This document shows, piece after piece, positions 1 through 12,878 of a stretch of 64,000 bases of DNA (within the stretch, counting starts at the first letter, position 1; each line of letters opens with the position of its first letter). Location of the stretch: positions 9,548,001 through 9,612,000 of the forward strand of contig OZ059897.1 of NCBI GenBank assembly GCA_964057225.1, given 5' to 3'. The notes under the pieces were generated by a model. It ran no database searches and was not told the DNA's origin. It worked only from the letters and a program-made list of their open reading frames with translations. The translations under genes and the position numbers were made by a program. This stretch comes from Auanema rhodensis. Its lineage: Eukaryota > Animalia > Nematoda.

Positions 1-221
1 ACTCTGTTTAAGTGTTTTCAAACTTTGTATAGATAACAAGAAAAATGAAATGATAGAGATAGAACACTTCTAAGATCTTGATCCAAGGTTTTTCTGACGG
101 ACTGATCCATTAGAACCAAAGATTACAAGAATTATTCTGATTTCACCTGCATAAAGATCCAGTAGAAAATTACCTTTTGCTCTGAACATCTAAATGATTC
201 AATACAATATCAGAAATCACA

Positions 222-294
222 GCCCGGTTAGCTCAGTCGGTAGAGCACCAGACTCTTAATCTGGCTGTCGCGGGTTCGAGCCCCGCATCGGGCT
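222..294 (+). tRNA. tRNA-Lys(CTT)
   Basis: 73 nt GCCCGGTTAGCTCAGTCGGTAGAGCACCAGACTCTTAATCTGGCTGTCGCGGGTTCGAGCCCCGCATCGGGCT; cloverleaf, anticodon CTT, A and B boxes, downstream T-tracts. Confidence 0.97.
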
Positions 295-626
295 TTGAGT
301 TTTACCTTTTATTTGAAATTATAACGTTTATTTTGAAAATTTATTCCTAACCTCTTTCTGATCAGATAGATTTCTGTAGATGTAACATTGTTTCAGTTCT
401 TAGAACTCTGTTTAAGTGTTTTCAAACTTTTGTATAGATAACAAGAAAAATGAAATGATAGAGATAGAACACTTCTGAGATCTTGATCCAAGGTTTTTCT
501 GACGGACTGATCCATTAGAACCAAAGATTACAAGAATTATTCTGATTTCATCTGCATAAAGATCCAGTAGAAAATTACCTTTTGCTCTGAACATCTAAAT
601 GATTCAATAGAATATCAGAAATCACA

Positions 627-699
627 GCCCGGTTAGCTCAGTCGGTAGAGCACCAGACTCTTAATCTGGCTGTCGCGGGTTCGAGCCCCGCATCGGGCT
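627..699 (+). tRNA. tRNA-Lys(CTT)
   Basis: array consensus copy. Confidence 0.96.
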
Positions 700-1030
700 T
701 TGAGTTTTACCTTTTATTTGAAATTATAACGTTTATTTTGAAAATTTATTCCTAACCTCTTTCTGATCAGATAGATTTCTGTAGATGTAACATTGTTTCA
801 GTTCTTAGAACTCTGTTTAAGTGTTTTCAAACTTTGTATAGATAACAAGAAAAATGAAATGATAGAGATAGAACACTTCTGAGATCTTGATCCAAGGTTT
901 TTCTGACGGACTGATCCATTAGAACCAAAGATTACAAGAATTATTCTGATTTCATCTGCATAAAGATCCAGTAGAAAATTACCTTTTGCTCTGAACATCT
1001 AAATGATTCAATAGAATATCAGAAATCACA

Positions 1031-1103
1031 GCCCGGTTAGCTCAGTCGGTAGAGCACCAGACTCTTAATCTGGCTGTCGCGGGTTCGAGCCCCGCATCGG
1101 GCT
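1031..1103 (+). tRNA. tRNA-Lys(CTT)
   Basis: array consensus copy. Confidence 0.96.
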
Positions 1104-1434
1104 TTGAGTTTTACCTTTTATTTGAAATTATAACGTTTATTTTGAAAATTTATTCCTAACCTCTTTCTGATCAGATAGAATTCTGTAGATGTAACATTGT
1201 TCCAGTTCTGAGAACTCTGTTTAAGTGTTTTCAAACTTTGTATAGATAACAAGAAAAATGAAATGATAGAGATAGAACACTTCTAAGATCTTGATCCAAG
1301 GTTTTTCTGACGGACTGATCCATTAGAACCAAAGATTACAAGAATTATTCTGATTTCACCTGCATAAAGATCCAGTAGAAAATTACCTTTTGCTCTGAAC
1401 ATCTAAATGATTCAATACAATATCAGAAATCACA

Positions 1435-1507
1435 GCCCGGTTAGCTCAGTCGGTAGAGCACCAGACTCTTAATCTGGCTGTCGCGGGTTCGAGCCCCGCA
1501 TCGGGCT
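1435..1507 (+). tRNA. tRNA-Lys(CTT)
   Basis: array consensus copy. Confidence 0.96.
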
Positions 1508-1838
1508 TTAAGTTTTACCTTTTATTTGAAATTATAACGTTTATTTTGAAAATTTATTCCTAACCTCTTTCTGATCAGATAGAATTCTGTAGATGTAACA
1601 TTGTTTCAGTTCTTAGAACTCTGTTTAAGTGTTTTCAAACTTTGTATAGATAACAAGAAAAATGAAATGATAGAGATAGAACACTTCTGAGATCTTGATC
1701 CAAGGTTTTTCTGACGGACTGATCCATTTGAACCAAAGATTACAAGAATTATTCTGATTTCATCTGCATAAAGATCCAGTAGAAAATTACCTTTTGCTCT
1801 GAACATCTAAATGATTCAATACAATATCAGAAATCACA

Positions 1839-1911
1839 GCCCGGTTAGCTCAGTCGGTAGAGCACCAGACTCTTAATCTGGCTGTCGCGGGTTCGAGCCC
1901 CGCATCGGGCT
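1839..1911 (+). tRNA. tRNA-Lys(CTT)
   Basis: array consensus copy. Confidence 0.96.
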
Positions 1912-2242
1912 TTAAGTTTTACCTTTTATTTGAAATTATAACGTTTATTTTGAAAATTTATTCCTAACCTCTTTCTGATCAGATAGATTTCTGTAGATGT
2001 AACATTGTTTCAGTTCTTACAACTCTGTTTAAGTGTTTTCAAACTTTGTATAGATAACAAGAAAAATGAAATGATAGAGATAGAACACTTCTGAGATCTT
2101 GATCCAAGGTTTTTCTGACGGACTGATCCATTAGAACCAAAGATTACAAGAATTATTCTGATTTCATCTGCATAAAGATCCAGTAGAAAATTACCTTTTG
2201 CTCTGAACATCTAAATGATTCAATACAATATCAGAAATCACA

Positions 2243-2315
2243 GCCCGGTTAGCTCAGTCGGTAGAGCACCAGACTCTTAATCTGGCTGTCGCGGGTTTGA
2301 GCCCCGCATCGGGCT
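2243..2315 (+). tRNA. tRNA-Lys(CTT), T-loop variant
   Basis: GTTCGA changed to GTTTGA (B box weakened). Confidence 0.8.
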
Positions 2316-2646
2316 TTGAGTTTTACCTTTTATTTGAAATTATAACGTTTATTTTGAAAATTTATTCCTAACCTCTATCTGATCAGATAGAATTCTGTAG
2401 ATGTAACATTGTTTCAGTTCTTACAACTCTGTTTAAGTGTTTTCAAACTTTGTATAGATAACAAGAAAAATGAAATGATAGAGATAGAACACTTCTGAGA
2501 TCTTGATCCAAGGTTTTTCTGACGGACTGATCCATTAGAACCAAAGATTACAAGAATTATTCTGATTTCATCTGCATAAAGATCCAGTAGAAAATTACCT
2601 TTTGCTCTGAACATCTAAATGATTCAATAGAATATCAGAAATCACA

Positions 2647-2719
2647 GCCCGGTTAGCTCAGTCGGTAGAGCACCAGACTCTTAATCTGGCTGTCGCGGGT
2701 TCGAGCCCCGCATCGGGCT
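2647..2719 (+). tRNA. tRNA-Lys(CTT)
   Basis: array consensus copy. Confidence 0.96.
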
Positions 2720-3050
2720 TTAAGTTTTACCTTTTATTTGAAATTATAACGTTTATTTTGAAAATTTATTCCTAACCTCTATCTGATCAGATAGAATTCT
2801 GTAGATGTAACATTGTTTCAGTTCTTACAACTCTGTTTAAGTGTTTTCAAACTTTGTATAGATAACAAGAAAAATGAAATGATAGAGATAGAACACTTCT
2901 GAGATCTTGATCCAAGGTTTTTCTGACGGACTGATCCATTAGAACCAAAGATTACAAGAATTATTCTGATTTCATCTGCATAAAGATCCAGTAGAAAATT
3001 ACTTTTTGCTCTGAACATCTAAATGATTCAATAGAATATCAGAAATCACA

Positions 3051-3123
3051 GCCCGGTTAGCTCAGTCGGTAGAGCACCAGACTCTTAATCTGGCTGTCGC
3101 GGGTTCGAGCCCCGCATCGGGCT
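3051..3123 (+). tRNA. tRNA-Lys(CTT)
   Basis: array consensus copy. Confidence 0.96.
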
Positions 3124-3454
3124 TTAAGTTTTACCTTTTATTTGAAATTATAACGTTTATTTTGAAAATTTATTCCTAACCTCTATCTGATCAGATAGAA
3201 TTCTGTAGATGTAACATTGTTTCAGTTCTTAGAACTCTGTTTAAGTGTTTTCAAACTTTGTATAGATAACAAGAAAAATGAAATGATAGAGATAGAACAC
3301 TTCTGAGATCTTGATCCAAGGTTTTTCTGACGGACTGATCCATTAGAACCAAAGATTACAAGAATTATTCTGATTTCACCTGCATAAAGATCCAGTAGAA
3401 AATTACCTTTTGCTCTGAACATCTAAATGATTCAATACAATATCAGAAATCACA

Positions 3455-3527
3455 GCCCGGTTAGCTCAGTCGGTAGAGCACCAGACTCTTAATCTGGCTG
3501 TCGCGGGTTCGAGCCCCGCATCGGGCT
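3455..3527 (+). tRNA. tRNA-Lys(CTT)
   Basis: array consensus copy. Confidence 0.96.
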
Positions 3528-3858
3528 TTAAGTTTTACCTTTTATTTGAAATTATAACATTTATTTTGAAAATTTATTCCTAACCTTTTTCTGATCAGAT
3601 AGAATTCTGTAGATGTAACATTGTTTCAGTTCTTAGAACTCTGTTTAAGTGTTTTCAAACTTTGTATAGATAACAAGAAAAATGAAATGATAGAGATAGA
3701 ACACTTCTGAGATCTTGATCCAAGGTTTTTCTGACGGACTGATCCATTAGAACCAAAGATTACAAGAATTATTCTGATTTCATCTGCATAAAGATCCAGT
3801 AGAAAATTACCTTTTGCTCTGAACATCTAAATGATTCAATACAATATCAGAAATCACA

Positions 3859-3931
3859 GCCCGGTTAGCTCAGTCGGTAGAGCACCAGACTCTTAATCTG
3901 GCTGTCGCGGGTTCGAGCCCCGCATCGGGCT
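3859..3931 (+). tRNA. tRNA-Lys(CTT)
   Basis: array consensus copy. Confidence 0.96.
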
Positions 3932-4262
3932 TTAAGTTTTACCTTTTATTTGAAATTATAACGTTTATTTTGAAAATTTATTCCTAACCTTTTTCTGATC
4001 AGATAGAATTCTGTAGATGTAACATTGTTTCAGTTCTTAGAACTCTGTTTAAGTGTTTTCAAACTTTGTATAGATACCAAGAAAAATAAAATGATAGAGA
4101 TAGAACACTTCTGAGATCTTGATCCAAGGTTTTTCTGACGGACTGATCCATTAGAACCAAAGATTACAAGAATTATTCTGATTTCATCTGCATAAAGATC
4201 CAGTAGAAAATTACCTTTTGCTCTGAACATCTAAATGATTCAATACAATATCAGAAATCACA

Positions 4263-4335
4263 GCCCGGTTAGCTCAGTCGGTAGAGCACCAGACTCTTAA
4301 TCTGGCTGTCGCGGGTTCGAGCCCCGCATCGGGCT
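4263..4335 (+). tRNA. tRNA-Lys(CTT)
   Basis: array consensus copy. Confidence 0.96.
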
Positions 4336-4666
4336 TTAAGTTTTACCTTTTATTTGAAATTATAACGTTTATTTTGAAAATTTATTCCTAACCTTTTTCT
4401 GATCAGATAGAATTCTGTAGATGTAACATTGTTTCAGTTCTTAGAACTCTGTTTAAGTGTTTTCAAACTTTGTATAGATAACAAGAAAAATGAAATGATA
4501 GAGATAGAACACTTCTAAGATCTTGATCCAAGATTTTTCTGACGAACTGATCCATTAGAACCAAATATTACAAGAAATATTCTGATTTCATCTGCATAAA
4601 GATCCAGTAGAAAATTACCTTTTGCTCTGAACATCTAAATGATTCAATAGAATATCAGAAATCACA

Positions 4667-4739
4667 GCCCGGTTAGCTCAGTCGGTAGAGCACCAGACTC
4701 TTAATCTGGCTGTCGCGGGTTCGAGCCCCGCATCGGGCT
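4667..4739 (+). tRNA. tRNA-Lys(CTT)
   Basis: array consensus copy. Confidence 0.96.
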
Positions 4740-5070
4740 TTAAGTTTTACCTTTTATTTGAAATTATAACGTTTATTTTGAAAATTTATTCCTAACCTCT
4801 TTCTGATCAGATAGAAAGCTGTAGATGTAACATTGTTTCAGTTCTTAGAACTCTGTTTAAGTGTTTTCAAACTTTGTATAGATACCAAGAAAAATGAAAT
4901 GATAGAGATAGAACACTTCTAAGATCTTGATCCAAGGTTTTTCTGACGAACTGATCCATTAGAACCAAATATTACAAGAAATATTCTGATTTCATCTGCA
5001 TAAAGATCCAGTAGAAAATTACCTTTTGCTCTGAACATCTAAATGATTCAATACAATATCAGAAATCACA

Positions 5071-5143
5071 GCCCGGTTAGCTCAGTCGGTAGAGCACCAG
5101 ACTCTTAATCTGGCTGTCGCGGGTTCGAGCCCCGCATCGGGCT
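5071..5143 (+). tRNA. tRNA-Lys(CTT)
   Basis: array consensus copy. Confidence 0.96.
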
Positions 5144-5474
5144 TTAAGTTTTACCTTTTATTTGAAATTATAACGTTTATTTTGAAAATTTATTCCTAAC
5201 CTCTTTCTGATCAGATAGAAAGCTGTAGATGTAACATTGTTTCAGTTCTTAGAACTCTGTTTAAGTGTTTTCAAACTTTGTATAGATAACAAGAAAAATG
5301 AAATGATAGAGATAGAACACTTCTAAGATCTTGATCCAAGGTTTTTCTGACGAACTGATCCCTTAGAACCAAATATTACAAGAAATATTCTGATTTCATC
5401 TGCATAAAGATCCAGTAGAAAATTACCTTTTGCTCTGAACATCTAAATGATTCAATAGAATATCAGAAATCACA

Positions 5475-5547
5475 ACCCGGTTAGCTCAGTCGGTAGAGCA
5501 CCAGACTCTTAATCTGGCTGTCGCGGGTTCGAGCCCCGCATCGGGCT
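5475..5547 (+). tRNA. tRNA-Lys(CTT), G1A variant
   Basis: first base A, acceptor-stem mismatch. Confidence 0.85.
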
Positions 5548-5878
5548 TTAAGTTTTACCTCTTATTTGAAATTATAACGTTTATTTTGAAAATTTATTCC
5601 TAACCTCTTTCTGATCAGATAGAAAGCTGTAGATGTAACATTGTTTCAGTTCTTAGAACTCTGTTTAAGTGTTTTCAAACTTTGTATAGATACCAAGAAA
5701 AATGAAATGATAGAGATAGAACACTTCTAAGATCTTGATCCAAGGTTTTTCTGACGGACTGATCCATTAGAACCAAAGATTACAAGAATTATTCTGATTT
5801 CACCTGCATAAAGATCCAGTAGAAAATCACCTTTTGCTCTGAACATCTAAATGATTCAATACAATATCAGAAATCACA

Positions 5879-5951
5879 GCCCGGTTAGCTCAGTCGGTAG
5901 AGCACCAGACTCTTAATCTGGCTGTCGCGGGTTCGAGCCCCGCATCGGGCT
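5879..5951 (+). tRNA. tRNA-Lys(CTT)
   Basis: array consensus copy. Confidence 0.96.
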
Positions 5952-6282
5952 TTAAGTTTTACCTTTCATTTGAAATTATAACGTTTATTTTAAAAATTTA
6001 TTCCTAACCTCTTTCTGATCAGATAGAATTCTGTAGATGTAACATTGTTTCAGTTCTTAGAACTCTGTTTAAGGGTTTTCAAACTTTGTATAGATAACAA
6101 GAAAAATGAAATGATAGAGATAGAACACTTCTAAGATCTTGATCCAAGGTTTATCTGACGGACTTATCCATTAGAACCAAAGATTACAAGAATTATTCTG
6201 ATTTCATCTGCATAAAGATCCAGTAGAAAATTACCTTTTGCTCTGAACATCTAAATGATTCAATAGAATATCAGAAATCACA

Positions 6283-6355
6283 GCCCGGTTAGCTCAGTCG
6301 GTAGAGCACCAGACTCTTAATCTGGCTGTCGCGGGTTCGAGCCCCGCATCGGGCT
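6283..6355 (+). tRNA. tRNA-Lys(CTT)
   Basis: array consensus copy. Confidence 0.96.
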
Positions 6356-6686
6356 TTAAGTTTTACCTTTTATTTGAAATTATAACGTTTATTTTGAAAA
6401 TTTATTCCTAACCTCTTTCTGATCAGATAGAATTCTGCAGATGTAACATTGTTTCAGTTCTTAGAACTCTGTTTAAGTGTTTTCAAACTTTGTATAGATA
6501 ACAAGAAAAATGAAATGATAGAGATAGAACACTTCTGAGATCTTGATCCAAGGTTTTTCTGACGAACTGATCCATTAGAACCAAAGATTACAAGAATTAT
6601 TCTGATTTCATCTGCATAAAGATCCAGTAGAAAATTACCTTTTGCTCTGAACATCTAAATGATTCAATACAATATCAGAAATCACA

Positions 6687-6759
6687 GCCCGGTTAGCTCA
6701 GTCGGTAGAGCACCAGACTCTTAATCTGGCTGTCGCGGGTTCGAGCCCCGCATCGGACT
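6687..6759 (+). tRNA. tRNA-Lys(CTT), acceptor-stem variant
   Basis: ends CGGACT instead of CGGGCT. Confidence 0.87.
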
Positions 6760-7090
6760 TTGAGTTTTACCTTTTATTTGAAATTATAACGTTTATTTTG
6801 AAAATTTATTCCTAACCTCTATCTGATCAGATAGAATTCTGTAGATGTAACCTTGTTTCAGTTCTTAGAACTCTGTTTAAGTGTTTTCAAACTTTGTATA
6901 GATAACAAGAAAAATGAAATGATAGAGATAGAACACTTCTGAGATCTTGATCCAAGGTTTTTCTGACGGACTGATCCATTAGAACCAAAGATTATAAGAA
7001 TTATTCTGATTTCATCTGCATAAAGATCCAGTAGAAAATTACCTTTTGCTCTGAACATCTAAATGATTCAATAGAATATCAGAAATCACA

Positions 7091-7163
7091 GCCCGGTTAG
7101 CTCAGTCGGTAGAGCACCAGACTCTTAATCTGGCTGTCGCGGGTTCGAGCCCCGCATCGGGCT
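7091..7163 (+). tRNA. tRNA-Lys(CTT)
   Basis: array consensus copy. Confidence 0.96.
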
Positions 7164-7494
7164 TTAAGTTTTACCTTTTATTTGAAATTATAACGTTTAT
7201 TTTGAAAATTTATTCCTAACCTCTTTCTGATCAGATAGAATGCTGTAGATGTAACATTGTTTCAGTTCTTAGAACTCTGTTTAAGTGTTTTCAAACTTTG
7301 TATAGATAACAAGAAAAATGAAATGATAGAGATAGAACACTTCTAAGATCTTGATCCAAGGTTTTTCTGACGAACTGATCCATTAGAACCAAATATTACA
7401 AGAATTATTCTGATTTCATCTGCATAAAGATCCAATAGAAAATTACCTTTTGCTCTGAACATCTAAATGATTCAATACAATAACAGAAATCACA

Positions 7495-7567
7495 GCCCTG
7501 TTAGCTCAGTCGGTAGAGCACCAGACTCTTAATCTGGCTGTCGCGGGTTCGAGCCCCGCATCGAGCT
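7495..7567 (+). tRNA. tRNA-Lys(CTT), two acceptor-stem mismatches
   Basis: GCCCTG...TCGAGCT. Confidence 0.75.
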
Positions 7568-7898
7568 TTAAGTTTTACCTTTCATTTGAAATTATAACGT
7601 TTATTTTAAAAATTTATTCCTAACCTCTTTCTGATCAGATAGAATTCTGTAGATGTAACATTGTTTCAGTTCTTAGAACTCTGTTTAAGTGTTTTCAAAC
7701 TTTGTATAGATAACAAGAAAAATAAAATGATAGAGATAGAACACTTCTAAGATCTTGATCCAAGGTTTTTCTGACGAACTGATCCATTAGAACCAAATAT
7801 TACAAGAATTATTCTGATTTCATCTGCATAAAGATCCAGTAGAAAATTACCTTTTGCTCTGAACATCTAAATGATTCAATAGAATATCAGAAATCACA

Positions 7899-7971
7899 GC
7901 CCGGTTAGCTCAGTCGGTAGAGCACCAGACTCTTAATCTGGCTGTCGCGGGTTCGAGCCCCGCATCGGGCT
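7899..7971 (+). tRNA. tRNA-Lys(CTT)
   Basis: array consensus copy. Confidence 0.96.
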
Positions 7972-8302
7972 TTAAGTTTTACCTTTTATTTGAAATTATA
8001 ACGTTTATTTTGAAAATTTATTCCTAACCTCTTTCTGATCAGATAGAATGCTGTAGATGTAACATTGTTTCAGTTCTTAGAACTCTGTTTAAGTGTTTTC
8101 AAACTTTGTATAGATACCAAGAAAAATGAAATGATAGAGATAGAACACTTCTAAGATCTTGATCCAAGGTTTTTCTGACGGACTGATCCATTAGAACCAA
8201 AGATTACAAGAATTATTCTGATTTCACCTGCATAAAGATCCAGTAGAAAATCACCTTTTGCTCTGAACATCTAAATGATTCAATACAATATCAGAAATCA
8301 CA

Positions 8303-8375
8303 GCCCGGTTAGCTCAGTCGGTAGAGCACCAGACTCTTAATCTGGCTGTCGCGGGTTCGAGCCCCGCATCGGGCT
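8303..8375 (+). tRNA. tRNA-Lys(CTT)
   Basis: array consensus copy. Confidence 0.96.
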
Positions 8376-8706
8376 TTAAGTTTTACCTTTTATTTGAAAT
8401 TATAACGTTTATTTTGGAAATTTATTCCTAACCTCTTTCTGATCAGATAGAATTCTGTAGATGTAACATTGTTTCAGTTCTTAGAACTCTGTTTAAGTGT
8501 TTTCAAACTTTGTATAGATAACAAGAAAAATGAAATGATAGAGATAGAACACTTCTAAGATCTTGATCCAAGGTTTTTCTGACGAACTGATCCATTAGAA
8601 CCAAATATTACAAGAATTATTCTGATTTCATCTGCATAAAGATCCAATAGAAAATTACCTTTTGCTCTGAACATCTAAATGATTCAACACAATAACAGAA
8701 ATCACA

Positions 8707-8779
8707 GCCCGGTTAGCTCAGTCGGTAGAGCACCAGACTCTTAATCTGGCTGTCGCGGGTTCGAGCCCCGCATCGGGCT
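8707..8779 (+). tRNA. tRNA-Lys(CTT)
   Basis: array consensus copy. Confidence 0.96.
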
Positions 8780-9416
8780 TTAAGTTTTACCTTTCATTTG
8801 AAATTATAACGTTTATTTTAAAAATTTATTCCTAACCTCTTTCTGATCAGATAGAATTCTGTAGATGTAACATTGTTTCAGTTCTTAGAACTCTGTTTAA
8901 GTGTTTTCAAACTTTGTATAGATAACAAGAAAAATGAAATGATAGAGATAGAACACTTCTAAGATCTTGATCCAAGGTTTATCTGACGGACTTATCCATT
9001 AGAACCAAAGATTACAAGAATTATTCTGATTTCACCTGCATAAAGATCCAGTAGAAAATTACCTTTTGCTCTGAACATCTAAATGATTCAATACAATATC
9101 AGAAATCACAGATTACCTTTTTTTTGAAAATTAAACGTTTATTTTGAATATTCTTTCTTAATCTCTTTCTGATCAGATAGAATTCTGTGGATGTAACATT
9201 GCTTCTGCCCTTTCGAATTTTGTTTTAGTCTTTTCCAACCTTGTTTAGATAACAAGAAAAATGAAATGATAGAGAGAGAACACTTCTAAGATCTTGATCT
9301 AAAATTTTTCTGACGGACTGATCCATTAGAACCAAAGAAGACAAGAACTATTCTGATTTCATCTGCATAAAGATCCAGTAGAAAATTACGTTATGCTCTG
9401 AACATCTAAATGATTC

Positions 9417-11550
9417 GAACTATTTCGCTGCCCACGAAACGCGCTGCTATGTCTTCTCTACCAAGGATTGTTCTCATTGCTATGGTTGGCTCTATTTGGA
9501 GAATTAAACGCCACAATTCGAGATATCTATTTTGTATCTCGCATATGGATTCGTAAGATTCCATAAAATGCTTTTGCAATTCTTCCTGTATAAGAGTGGT
9601 TGCATATTGTAGATGATCTTGCGCTATTCTCTGAGATACATTCTTGTATCTCGTTGTTTACTTTGGAGCCTATATAATGTGCTTGCGCTTGTACTGCTTT
9701 CGTTTCAATCTCCAAAGGTGGTGATGACGTTCTCTGTTTTTATTGCGTTCTCTGCTTTCTTTGCGATCTTTGTGAACACCATATATTAATGTAACCGTTG
9801 TTGGCGCGCGCGTGGATGTTATGGCTTGAGTTGTATCGATCTCTGGCGTTGTTTGAGGGTCCTGGATTAGCTTTGTTACTTCCGTTGTTGTCGTTATATA
9901 TTCATTTTTGTCTGTCAGGCGTCTGGTTAAGTAGGGAGGTGTTCTTTTATCCTCTAGTAGCGGTAGAAAGGTTTGAATGAGAAGATTTCGTGTATATTTG
10001 TTGGGGCTATTTGTTTGTTGATGGGGCCCAACAGGTAAACCAAAATTATTCTTCATATCTCGATATAATTTCTCTATATCTGGCAGGATGATAGTTGGTA
10101 CAGGCAGATGTCGGAATCTTTCATCGTCGGCTCTGGCCGCTGTTCGATTGGGTTTTATTGTACGTAGTTTGAGAACTTGGTGATATAGATCAATTGTTTC
10201 TTTAATAATCAGTTGTTCCTTTTCGTTATTAGTTGATAATACGGGCCTGATTGGCGGCATGTTTACAAATGCTTTCAAAACTTCTTGTTTTGATGGCACC
10301 GACATGTTGTTTTGTGCGAAAATGGTCGGTGTAAATGCCAACTCGAGCGCTATACTTTCGGTTCGCTCTCGATAACTTCCTTCTTTTGTGAGTATTTTTT
10401 CGTCAAATTCTTCTGCTGTTAATCTGTCGCCTATCTGCTCTAAAAGTTGCAGGGAGGTGAGGTATTTAACGGCTCCTCTTGTGGTAGCTGCCAGTTCTTT
10501 TTGGGCGAAGAATTGAAGCATTTCTTCTTCCGGGTCGTAGAATTCATATATTTTTAAGAATCTTTCTATTGATCTATTCGAAGTAGTGCTTCGTAGGAAG
10601 AATTTGAACCGCTCGGAATGTGCTGAGATCCACTTAACAATAGAATATGTTGGATCCATTGTCCGTCTGGCTCGAATTATAGGAATTATTTGTGATATCC
10701 CAGGGTTACTCATTACTGGACGTAAAAATGGGTATGGGCATATGTTCAATGTTAAAGTTTCGTAGTCTTCTTGTTCTTTTATCCAGCTTTCGTTCAATTG
10801 CAGTGCGCATTGCGCTATAGCCCTTTTTTGACGCTTAGCTGGCAACTTTTTATATTCTCTTTCAATTAAGTTGTGTATATTATTGTCATTTGGATATTTT
10901 GGAAAAAGTATATAATTGCCCGTGGTTGATTGAAATATAGGTTGCGAAAAACATGATGTAATCTGTTTTGGAATTTGTTTATTGTCGATAACAAGGGCTG
11001 ACTGCGTATTGGGAATTAGTATTATGCTGTCTCCAATGATGGCATCGTATTCACTCATGTCTATGTAGTTGCATCTCTGTTCGTATGATTGGATTTCCCA
11101 GATGATCATTGAAGTATTGGATGCGCATTCGCCATGATGTGCAAGACAGCCTTCCGTATTGAGTAATAGATTTGCCAATATGGTGTCGTCTGGCATCCTG
11201 GTCATAACGCCTCTTTCCAAAACCAGTCGTTCTTTTTCTTCGCATTGTTCGTAATTGAATGAGCGCGCTGGAGAGAATGTAGGTTCGGTTGTCGCGTATG
11301 TCAAGCTATCCAATTTAACCAGGTCTTCTGATTTCCATTTACGGTCGCGGACAGCCAGTCTACATTCGTTTTCTGTTGTTGGCTCAATTCGAACAATGGA
11401 GGAGTTATGATCCCTTAAAAATAGCAAATCCCTGATGCATATTTTATGTATTTCTTTTGAACATCGCCATGAATCCCATTCGTGAGCCGTCTGGTTTCTG
11501 GTATACAGATGTATGTTTGTGCGGAGGACAAGTTTGGTAGGTGGTATTGT
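9417..11550 (-). pseudogene. env: env-like glycoprotein, class III (herpesvirus gB-like) fusogen, frameshifted and truncated
   Basis: 585-aa ORF 9670-11427 with Cys-spaced ectodomain and RQKR furin site; start-less frame 9417-9657 reads QDHLQYATTLIQEELQKHFMESYESICEIQNRYLELWRLILQIEPTIAMRTILGREDIAARFVG, resembling the gB central helix. Confidence 0.75.
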
Positions 11551-12540
11551 GCATCAGTTATGGTGATTAGTGATAAGATCACTGATAAAGCTACTGCTAG
11601 TGTTAAGGGGGATATCAAGGTCAAATTATTGACTCTTGAGCCTCTTCCTCTACCTCTATTATTGTTGTTTCCCCTGAAGGGATTATTACCGCGTTGACGG
11701 CTATCACTCTCCTGATTACGTGATAAGTTGTTATTTCTTTGATACCAATTTGGATTTGAGAAATTTCTACCGCGATTACCAAAATTGCGGTTTCTTGCGA
11801 AAGAATTTTGCAAATTTTGTGGTTTCTGATTATTTGATGAATTTTGATAACTTTGATAATTTTGATAATTTTGGTAGTTTCTATTGTTAAATGATTGATA
11901 GCCTCTGCCGATTCCTCGCCTTCCGGTGTCGCGCCTGGGAGGGAATGTTCTATCGATTGCGTTAACCAGTAGCGCCTGAGGGTCGGCTACTTGGTTAGCA
12001 ATTGATTCCTCCCATCTGGCATTATCAATTGCCTCGGCAAACGTTTTTGGTTTAGCTCTGATTACCCCCGGGCGTATTGTGTTTTTGAGACCGCGTAGAA
12101 AGGTGGATCTAAGAATATGGTCCTTGTGTGGGTCTGTATGTGAGAAAGCGTTTAAGCTTAGGCTTCGTAAAGTTTGTGCGAATCCATCCACTGATAGCTC
12201 GCCTTGGGTGGAATTCTGTAGCGTTATCAGCGCCGGATCTTGATTATACTCTGGGCATAGCCTAGAGGTAAGTTCTTCGATGAGTGTATTCCACGAGCCA
12301 GATGTCTTGATAGTATCGCTAAGCTGTGTATAAGCTTCTTCAGCTCGTTCGTTTTTGAGAAGTAATGGTAAGATTGTTAATCTTTCGGGCATAACTAAGC
12401 CTAAGGCGTTTGCAAAGGTGTTGAACTCTAAAGTCTCTAAAGTTGCGACTTCCGTCGTATATAGGGCAATATGGGGAGCTTAATGCCTGAGCAATGGTAG
12501 ATTTACCCGCTCCTGGAAGCCGTGATGTTTCGGTCATTTC
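11415..12540 (-). pseudogene. gag: Ty3/Gypsy-type gag (capsid plus RG/N-rich tail), frameshift near 12430
   Basis: PIYDGSRNFRDF then shift to EFNTFANALGLVMPERL...; QGELSVDGFA, FLRGL, PKTFAEAIDNA capsid motifs; RGRGRG tail. Confidence 0.85.
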
Positions 12541-12865
12541 GGATGAGATGCCCTCAGGGTATGTGATAGGTGATATTATCACTTCGCTCCTTGTTGGATC
12601 TTGATGAGTGTTTTCTATTGCCTTCGGGTTCCTGCTAGAGGAGCCTATTATAGGTGTAGTTGTTGCGAAACGGGCTCTTGGAACCTGGATGACTTTACCA
12701 GATGCCTGAGGCAATGTTCTATCAGTTGATCGTGAGCTAGGGATCGCACTATCTGATCTGTTAAGATTAGGATTATGTGAAGAAAACCGGGGTTTTGCTG
12801 TTCCGCCGATAAAACAACACCTTACAATAAAAAAAAAAATTTTTTTTTCCAAAAGATGAGTTCGA

Positions 12866-12878
12866 GGTGGAACCTCCA
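12866..12878 (-). promoter_or_regulatory. Primer-binding site complementary to tRNA-Gln 3' end
   Basis: TGGAGGTTCCACC on - strand directly after the LTR; complements GGTGGAACCT-CCA, the recalled 3' end of metazoan tRNA-Gln. Confidence 0.85.

Larger units (their letters stand above)
1..9416 (+). repeat. Tandem array of 404-bp units each carrying one tRNA-Lys(CTT) gene (22 genes; continues off the left edge)
   Basis: tRNA starts recur at 222, 627, 1031 ... 8707 (period 404); spacers near-identical; last unit (9111) has lost its tRNA. Confidence 0.98.
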
